From assembly GCA_015680685.1 (NCBI GenBank), contig MNCI01001519.1, forward strand, positions 511,318 to 575,317: DNA of 64,000 bases, in the 5' to 3' direction. Shown piece by piece: positions 54,906 to 64,000 of this stretch. The stretch is from Gnetum montanum (lineage: Eukaryota; Plantae; Gnetophyta). The translations under genes and the position numbers were made by a program. How positions within the stretch are numbered: position 1 is the stretch's first letter; each line of letters begins with the position of its first letter. The notes below the pieces were generated by a model, which was not told the DNA's origin, did not search any database, and saw nothing but the letters and a program-made list of their open reading frames with translations.

Positions 54906-55093
54906 CCACATTGACGCTACACTCTTAAAACTAATCACAATTTATCATAACGTTAAAACCTACGATACGTTTTACATAAAGAGAAAACAACAAAAAGAAC
55001 ATTAAAATTAATACCGAAATTTGTTTCAAATACGTTAAAATAAAGAGATATAGTATCTTATCTCATTACACCATAATAAAACCCGAGGCTAAT

Positions 55094-58000
55094 TCATTGC
55101 ACATCCCCCTTACTACCACTATCTCCTGTATCCCCTAGTTCAACTTCTGCTCCGAGGAGGTCGTCCTCATAGAGGCCAGCCTTTGCACGAGGAACCCCTT
55201 CATAAGGACGGTCCTCTTCGTGAGACCCTTCAGTATGCTCTATTTCCTGTAAATCCTCTTCATGAGTACCACCACCTTCGTTAGCTTCATCCTATCAAGG
55301 AATCTCCTCAGGTCATTCCTACGATCAGACATGGCACATAGATTAACATCGTCGTCAAAACTAGGTATAACAAAAACGTAATAATACTGTAATTTACCTG
55401 TGAAGGTCCTGCATCAGCAGCAAAGGGGACTTGTTCTAAGCCGATCCATAGACGTCGCATGATTTCATCCTCGGTGAGCTTAGACAAAACCCCATCCCCT
55501 AGATCAGTTCCAGCCTTGACCTTCCCCTTCTCCACGGGAGTCCATCGGGGTGGTTCAGGGAAGAAAGAAGAGATGGTAGTCTCGCCTCCAGGAAGAGTCA
55601 CTTTCCTTTTCTGGAGAGGCACTCACCATCACTTGCTCTTGGAACTTTTCAAATGCCTTAGAAGCACCAATAACATCGAGAAATAGTCGAAGGGATTGAG
55701 CCTCAATGGCAGAGTCCCTGTAATGTTGACGGTAGGTGGCGCTTTCTCTTTTGTAGACCTGTTTATGATCTTTTTGCGTCTTCCCCCACTCTTGAATAGT
55801 CACGCTAAAGTCCTTCCAGTCCTAGTTCTTCTGAGCAAGGAGGCCCATTTGCATATGTTGTTTAACCAGTTCACGACTAGTTTGGACACTGTTCCTGACG
55901 ACAGTCCAATAACGGGCATAGTCAATGACAGTTGTCCTCCAATCCTCGCTTCCCATCTCTTGGGCTTGCAAGAATTCATTCCATGATCTTAGATCCCCGA
56001 CCTCATTGTGTAGAGCCATTCTCTCCTTCTTCGACCTTTGCAATCTCTTCTAGAGGTCCTCGTTTACACTCTGACATTTCCATAAAGAGTGAGTTGAGCG
56101 TAAAGCACATTTACGCATCTCATCGTAAATTCTGTACGGCACAACGGTCACTTCTGATGAGGGCTCGGTGGTGTCTAAATCGATAGGCTCTGACAGGTCC
56201 CATCTGAGGCGAGCTCCTAATTATATGAAAAATAACAGTTAGGCATAATTAAGTAGCATAGCCACAGTAAAACAACCTCTACATAATGATTGTAGCGTAC
56301 CAGCTTCAAGATCAATTCGCTCTAAGTGACCGATCATATCTTGAATGACGCCTTCCATAAAGGCAAATTTATCAGGAAATTCACCCCAGGATTGAGTCGC
56401 CACCGTTATCAAGGGCACGCTCTGGTCACTTGTTACACAAAATAAAAGGTATGGCGAAGACATTACGATAAACAATATAACCTGTAGAAGTTTTCTAGGG
56501 TCTACCACTTGCCTCGATTAATTCCAACCAAAAGGACTTCAACATCCTCCACAGCTATTTCCTCTTCACGTGCAGGAGGTCGTGCACTCCTTGCCTTATT
56601 AACTGGGCCTCTTCTTCCAAGACTGAGGCCCCTTCTCCGTGCCGTAAGACCATAGCCCCTGTTTCAAGGGTCAATCAGTCTACAACCTTTTCCTTCGCTG
56701 TTATACAACATGGTTAGCTAACATAAGATTTTATTTTTGTTCAACAAATGTTGCACTACATTCTTTACGCAAATCATAACTGCTAACACATTTGGACACA
56801 TACCACCTAGAAGAATACTCCGCTGGAACCTGATTTACATCTTTTTCCTGACACCACCTGCTGGCTCGAAAGATCCCTCATTTAAATGAGGTCTTTTTTG
56901 GGGCACTGATGAATCCACTATCTCAGCAGCCAAGTGCTTCCACCTCGACACATCGCCGGTGTAAGAGGGGGGTGCTCCACCCACACTGTCTTAGCCCTAC
57001 GTTCAAGGTGTCGCCATACTTCTAGTCATTACTGAGAATGACTCCCGGATCCCCTCAGGAGGGTCTTGCGACCAGACAGTGCCAAAAATATGGGAGATCC
57101 ATGGTTTGGAGATCTTGCTGTGATCTTGTTGCGCCCAGACCCCATTCCTCTGGACCACCAGAAATTCAACAAAACACCGGAAGAAAGCTATAAAGAAGGC
57201 AAAATGCACGTTGAAACGGGTTTCAAGCTTCTGGCAAAGCTTGACCGTCTCAATGTGCAAGCCTTCAGCAAAATAGCTCGCCTAATTGAATTGTGTCCCC
57301 TCCTCTAAGACCTCTCGCATAATTCGGGCCTGCTCAATGGTGAAGAATCTCCCTTGCGAGAGTGTCTTGGGGAAGGCCTGGGCCTGAAAAAGGGGGTAAA
57401 CAGTATGGACCACCTCCAACTCAATCCTATCACTGGGGATCCCCTTAGTTTCTTTCTGAATCCCTAGCCACTCCTCTATCTCTTTCTGGAGCTTGGAGCT
57501 TCTCTTCAACTTTTCATCTATAGCAAAACTGTCAAAGGGGACGCCAAAGAGATTGGCAAACAGCTGAGCGTCAATGTCAAAATTTACGTGCACATTACGT
57601 ACGCATATGCAGAGATGCTCAGCTTCCTCTTTAAAGGAGTTGACTAGGGTCAACATTTCACCTGCAGTAGCATTAGGGGTTATGGCCAAGAAAAGGTCCA
57701 TCAGTCTAGCCTCACGAATGTTATTGGTTACTACAATTGGGGCTACTCTATGGTCGAGCCAACGTTGTGCCTCCTTTATGTCACCATAATGAAAGAAGAG
57801 ACTGCTGGCCTCGTGACCTGAAGCCATGATCGTAATCTCCTGTGATTCCCTGACTATTAACATGAAACCACAGTTAAACCAAGACGATTTCACATCATCA
57901 TCACACAACATTGACACAATTCATTATTATGACAAAGCTTACCAGGCCCCAAAGGTAAAGGAAATGGAAGGATTTTCCTTTGAACATCTACAATGGTAAG

Positions 58001-59290
58001 GGGAGGGTCCAAAGTCCACTCCCTATCCAGCCATCTAAGTTTCTTGCACCTAGAAAAGAAGTCAGCATAATAGGTAGGGTATTCTGGGATCTCGAACGCC
58101 AGATGTCCCATGACGGCAGCCCGCACGTTGCTGATAGAGGTAAACTCCCTTATAGCACTCTCGACCAACGACAATGTATCATTATTACCCATAAGACCAC
58201 TTTCATTAATAAAAAACCTATGCCATGGAATACAAACAACTTTTTACGCTCAATATGCATCTAAATAGTAATTAGCATTACAATACTTCGAAGTGAAACA
58301 AAACTTACTCGCCTGCGTAATGCACAGTACCAGGTGGATTCTGGAAATAGGTTGTGGGATGACGGGCCATGAACAGAGCATTATAGGTGTGATAATAGTT
58401 AAACCTGGGCATTTCCCAAATCTAGTTTAAACACCTTAAACCTTTGAAATTCTGTCCGCGGTCTTCCACCCGCACAGTTTCAATCGTGTCATCTGACAGA
58501 AACGCTAAGACGCTCTGCGTCAAACCGACCAATAACATCTCTAAAATAGCAACAGCTACATCGCCTGGTAAATGTGACCAAACGATTCCGCTGTAATTGG
58601 GAAGCAAAAATTGCAAAAAATCCCACGCGCCTCTTCGGAACCACACCGCCTCCTCCTTTAGATGAGCATGAGGAGGAGGAACATTAGCCGCGGGGACATG
58701 AACGCAGCACAGAACGCCCACGATGTCCAAAACGATTAGGATGGGCTTTAGCATAATATTGTAGGATACAAATGTGCTACTGTTAGACAAAATCTATATA
58801 TGAATATTTGTTATGCCACACTAGGGCTCGCACAATTCCTGGAAAATTACAGCGTATACTAGAGGCGCATAGCCAAAACCGCCTAAACCCTTGTAACAGC
58901 TCAAGGTTCGTCTCTGACGACAACTATGAAAGCAAATACTGCGTATTACTCCGACGCAATATATAATTATTACAGAACTCTTATTACATTACATCTACAC
59001 ACTATACATTATCTCTATACAACATTATTCCTTATCGCCTAAACCTTCATAACAATAGTTCAGTTTGTACAAATGGACATTAACGCCCGACCAACATAAG
59101 AATCTAAAATATACAAACCATGACGCTGCAACAAACATGACAACAGCGTAAAAGGGTGAACAACAACTTACCGGTTAAGCAGAGTAACATCCAGAGCTTC
59201 TACTCTAGCTTGTGAAATCCGCTGCAAACTCTCCTGCATCTCGTCAATCCTGGCCAACTTAGCATTCTTTCCTTTAACCTTGGGTGCCAT
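55094..59290 (-). pseudogene. Antisense multi-exon accessory gene of element D: exons 59290-59172, ~58779-58309, 58217-57943, 57853-~56804, two small exons within ~56700-56300, ~56218-55398, 55318-55094
   Basis: ATG start (MAPKVKGKNAK). Short AT-rich GT-AG introns with compatible phases at 58308-58218, 57942-57854 and 55397-55319. Homologous to 24286-27038. A few in-frame stops. Boundaries of the middle exons are approximate. Confidence 0.82.
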
Positions 59291-59894
59291 TGTTGCAAAG
59301 GTTGCAATTAAAAAAAGTCCTTGTGAAATCCACTACTCACATCTTACTCATGCTCTCTTCTCGCTATAACCAGGTTCGAATTCGTGATATTGGTAACCTG
59401 ATTTAAGTATGAACCACTGGTTTATAAACAAAATGTTCGAAACCAACTGATTCTTTCCGCCTGATCGACGCAGAACTTTCCTGAAACGCAGGTGTCAGTA
59501 TGACATAAAACACGAAGATCTAGGCATTAATATCATGGATATCGTGTGAGTTACAGTCCAAAATGACCTTAAACTAACGCAATGCTTATCACCTCGTAAT
59601 TTAGCCACATTAACTATAGTTTGTGTGAAATACAAATCCAACCATTTCAACACGCTAGACGCGTCATGTTGCACCTCTCATCTCATTTCATATGCTAGCA
59701 TCTGGGAAGCTTAGCTTGGCATTTCTTTTTACAAACTATCCGTACTTGTAATGGTCCACTAAGACCTTAAACTGGAAACTTCTCTAACACACAATTCTGA
59801 CACAAAAAAAAATAAAATTTTATCATTTAACAGATTGGCAAAAAAGATGATGTAACAACTTCCATTTTTGGCGATTTTGCAAGACCACTCGCAA

Positions 59895-62800
59895 ATGGAC
59901 GCAGCTTTATCCGCACCCTTAGCCTTAATAGGGCCGTATGGGAAGATTATTAGATAGTACGATCACACGCTAGTAGGAACAAACCTTTCCCTTTATGATG
60001 CAACCATAGCAACATTGGGAACATCCCCAGACTGGCCAGAACATCTGGCCCAAACACTTGACTTGGAGGTTGGTGATGTAACCGAGGACCCTCTTAGCGA
60101 GGTCCCTGTGGTTACGCACAAGGGTGAAAATAAAACTCTTAGGGTTAGTTCTCTCCTAGACCAACAGATGCAGAGTGACATAACCCAAGTGCTCCAAAAC
60201 AATGTTGCTGTATTCGCGTGGTCATATGAAGACATGCCGGGTTTAAACCTAAGATTAATACAGCACAACATAATCTTAGACCTACACATCAAACCAATTA
60301 GACAGAAGGCACGAGAGATTAAGCCGAAAATCACGTTAGCAATGCGGGATGAAATCACTAAGCTATATCAGGCTGGTTTCATCTGTGTGGTTGATTACTC
60401 AGATTGGATGTCCAACATTGTAGTTGTCTCTAAGAAAACGGGAGGCATACGCATCTGCATAGATTTCTGGGATCTAAACAAAGCTACGATTAAGGACAAC
60501 TTCCCGTTACCGAGTATCGACCAACTGATCGACACAACAGCTGGTCACATGCTCCTGTCCTTTATGGATGGTTTTTCAGGCTATAATCAAATTTGTATTA
60601 ACCCATAGCACCAATTGACCACAATATTCATGATGCCCTGGGGGACCTTCTACTACACCATGATGCCTTTTGGGTTAAAAAACGCTGGAGCAACGTATCA
60701 ACGAGCCATGACATACATTTTTAGCGATTATCTCTTAGGGAGATTGATTGACTATGTAGATGACATAGCTGTCAAGTCTATAAAGTCAGAAGATCATTCA
60801 GAAGACTTAAAGTTAGTCCTTAAACGATGTCTCAAACATGACTTATAGCTCAACCCAAAGAAATGCGTGTTTGGAGTCAAAATCGGATGCATGTTGGGGT
60901 TTGTGGTATCAGAGACTGGCATCTGAGTCGACCCCGACAAGGTTAAAGCCATCGTCGATTTAACGCCACCAATAAATCTCAAAGAATTACGTGGGTTATA
61001 GGGTAGGCTTCAGTTCATCAGGTGGTTCATTTCAAAGTTAATAGATAAATTACACCCCATGCATCATCTTCTGAATAACAGTGTCAATTTTGAATGGATC
61101 GATGACTGCCAGCGTGCATTTGACAATTTAAAAGAAGAGATGCAACATTTACCAATGGTTTTCCCACCACAAAGGGATCAGCATTTCTACATTTATCTAG
61201 CTAACTCAGACATGTCCATAGCTGCGTTACTGTGCCAAAAAAAGAATGATGGATCAGAAGCACCTATCTATTACCTCAGTCATGCTCTATTTGCATACGA
61301 AACAAGGTACAACGAAGTGGAGCATAACTGTTTGGCATTAGTTTTTACACTCAAAAAATGTAGGCATTATCTTTTCCGCAGTCAGGTCAACATAATTTGT
61401 AAAAGTAACGTCCTGCGGGCTATCTCCAAAAATTTTTATGAAAGTAGTAGGATAGCTCGTTGGAAAGCTATCACAGCTGAGTTTGATTTACATTATGTTG
61501 GCCAGTCATCCACCAAAGGCCAGGCCATAGCTGACCAATTAGCAACATCACCGATTAACGATCAAGCTACAATAGAGCCAGAATTTCCAGATGAACATGT
61601 ACATAGTTTAAGCCATGTATCAACAGGCCTTGAAGCAATGTTATACTTCGACAGAGCTTTAACCACTAGAGGTGGTAGTGCCGCCACCGTTATTACGCTT
61701 TCTCCTGAGGATGTGGGTCCATCAACTTACCGCCTGACCTTCCCTTGTACGAACAATGTGGCAGAGTATGAGGGGCTCCTCAGAGGATTGTTGACGGCCA
61801 AAGAGCTCAAAGTTCGACACCTAGCAATCTGAGGTGATTTGATGCTGGTAATCAATCAAATCACAGGAGGCTATGCCTGCAAAGCTGTGCACCTACAGCC
61901 CTACTGCAATATGGCTAAAGATCTCTTGAAACAATTCGTGACAACCGACACTCAACACGTGCCATGCAACGAAAACGTTGTTGCCAACGCACTGGCAACA
62001 CTGGCACTAAACGTGCCACCACACTTGTTTGCCACTTGGCCCACTTTAATAATAGAATGTACAGAGCTTGTCATTCAAGCGGCGTAGATTTCTTCATTAA
62101 ACGCGGAAAGGACGTCAGAATGGTATGACAACATTAAAACTTACCTTTTTCATGGCGAACCACCGCACGTGCTAACACATGCGCAAAAGGATGTAGTGCG
62201 CAAGCATGCCAGGAAATATGTCATCCTTGGAGATAATACTCTCTGTAGACGCTCCTTCGATGGGATATTGCTTACCTGCGTTAACAGTAACAAAGCACAG
62301 TGAATAGTTAATGAAGTCCATGAAGGGCTGTGCGGAGGACACGTAGCCCCGCGAGCAATGACTGCTAAAATCAGATGCTTAGGGTACTATTGGCTATACA
62401 TGGAAAAAGACTGCCTACCCAAGGTTAAGATGTGTGACACGTGCCAGCGTTACACGAATCTAATACATGTGTCACCAACTGAGTTACACACTACCCAAAT
62501 TACTTGGCCATTCCAACGATGGGGACTGGACATCATAGGTCCCATCTCGCCTAAATCTTCTGCAGGTCATAGCTTCATTATCACCACCATTGAGTATTTT
62601 ACAAAGTGGGTAGAGGCTATCCCCCTACGAAAGATTACATCTTGATAGGTTTGCCATTTCATCTTAGATAATATTATAACCAGATTTGGACTCCCTATGA
62701 CTATTGTGACTAACAACGGACCACAATTTAGTAGCACAGAAACCAAATCTTTTTGCAATAATCTTGGTATTAAGCAATCTTTTTCTTTACCTTATTACCC

Positions 62801-63362
62801 ACAAGAAAATGGTCAAGCAGAGGCAACAAACAAGGTGATTATCAATTTACTCAAGAAGATGCTCAATAGTAATAAGAAGCGGTGGCATGAAAAAATCCTC
62901 TATGTGCTATGGGCGTATTGTACGACATGCAGAACAGCCACAGACAGAATGTCCTACAGCCTAGTCTACGGATCTAAAGTAGTGTTACCTTTGGAATTAT
63001 AGGTTCCCTCATTGCAGATGGTCCTATCTACGGTTACAAATGAGACTCAACACAATGAGTCTAGAATCGTGGATTTAGACTCAGTGGAGGAGAAACGCAT
63101 CCAGACGCTCGACACCATCAAAAAATATCACGATAAACAGAGATAGAAGTATCGACACAACCTGCATCAACAACTGATTGAGAAAGGAGACTTAGTTTTT
63201 AAGGCCATTTGTGAACCAGTAGGCAAGTTCTCTACAAACTGGGAAGGCCCTTTCCTAGTCATCAGCGCATACAGCAACAGAGCATTCAAGTTAGCAGACA
63301 TCGACGGTAACGAGTTATCAAATCTGGTGAATCATCTGTACCTAAAGCGGTATTACATCTGA
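59895..63362 (+). pseudogene. pol: Decayed RT-RNaseH-aRH-integrase ORF of element D
   Basis: FAWSYEDMPG, FMDGFSGYNQI, YVDD; aRH LYFD...FPCTNNVAEYEGLLRGL after RH; integrase LCGGH, WGLDIIG, NGQAEATNK; ends YLKRYYI*. Confidence 0.95.
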
Positions 63363-63395
63363 ACATCGACTTAGCCCAAAATCAGGTAACACACA

Positions 63396-63755
63396 TCTGC
63401 TATGACGTAAAACTGGCAAAGTTGTAAATGTCCGCTACGACGTAAAACTGGCAAAGTTGTAAACGTCCGCTACGACATAAAACTGGCAGCTCTTGCATGC
63501 GTCCGCCAAGACACTAAACTGGCAAAGGTAAGCACACGTCTGCTAAGACACTAAACTAGCACAGACTTGTCCCTGGGTCACGACGTAAAACTGACAGCCA
63601 TAGCATGGTCTGCTAGGACTATAAACTAGCTCTTCCACCATCTGCTACAACGTAAAACTAGCAAGTTCCAGTCTGCCCAGACATTAAACCGAGACCACGG
63701 TCTGCTGAAACTTAAAATCAGCAACAACAGTCAACTAGGACATAAAACTGGAATC
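63396..63755 (+). repeat. Tandem array 3' of integrase in element D, ~35-bp units (CTGCTACGACGTAAAACTGGCA)
   Basis: About 10 copies; homologous to 18225-18612. Confidence 0.9.
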
Positions 63756-64000
63756 TGTCAACAAGCCATCCATGAAGCAAGCGAGCATGATCATTCTTGC
63801 ACAGCATCCCTACCAGATGGAGTGGGTAAGGCGTTGGGATAGATACAACGCCGCTACCCCGTCGACATTCTGCTGATTCCTCGGATATGCCAAAAAGCAT
63901 ACTACTGACCCCTCGGAGATGTTACTACGATAGCCACTTCGTAGCTGCAACTCCTGGGATCAATTTCGCCGCTTGGTGCCCCGAAAAAATCGTGGCCACC

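Larger units (their letters stand above)
50600..64000 (+). mobile_element. Element D: Tat/Ogre-Retand-type element related to B; no 5' LTR or PBS visible; continues beyond the window
   Basis: Gag, PR, spacer, RT-RH-aRH-INT and repeat arrays are collinear with B. Confidence 0.9.

Noticed and set aside
57282-57284. Same TAG at FN*AS in both antisense-gene copies (also 25755-25757), suggesting programmed readthrough
   Set aside because: The position corresponds to Trp (TGG) in a CTGG/CHG methylation hotspot. Parallel deamination is simpler, since TGG>TAG changes are frequent throughout these elements.
55094-59290. Antisense gene as an ordinary host gene into which TEs inserted
   Set aside because: It sits at the same internal position of two independent element copies; in B it lies between the LTR pair and TSD.
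63396-63755. Repeat-spacer-like arrays (also 54430-54905 and 18225-18612) resembling CRISPR
   Set aside because: Eukaryotic retrotransposon context, degenerate repeats, related rather than unique spacers, and no cas genes.

Overview
This is land-plant nuclear DNA. The only host gene is a 3-exon GT43 (IRX9/IRX9L-like xylan synthase subunit) on the minus strand at 1486-5320, with degenerate catalytic motifs. The remainder is a nest of decayed retroelements. Element A (7370-36406; TGATGAAT..ATTCATCA ends, TSD CTAAC/CTAAT) is an Athila-like LTR element with no pol, a 5x367-bp array and an env-like ORF. Element B (14950-33548, minus strand, TSD CCAAA) is a complete Tat/Ogre-Retand-type element inserted into A's env-like ORF. 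Two RTE LINE remnants and a plastid-type trnC pseudogene follow. Element C (from 42486) is an Athila element inserted in the second RTE. Element D (from about 50600, running off the window) is a 5'-truncated relative of B. The main discovery is shared by B and D: gag-protease ends at an aligned stop and is separated from RT-RH-aRH-INT by about 5.6 kb. That spacer holds an antisense, intron-containing gene (MAPK start, FCP1/NIF-type HAD phosphatase-like domain, plant-transposon-protein-like domain, coiled coil, acidic tail) with splice sites conserved between the two diverged copies. Tandem arrays sharing an AAACT(A/G)GC core recur at three places in the element, and RT has its own conserved ATG behind a micro-intron. 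All alignments were done by eye; no database searches were run.
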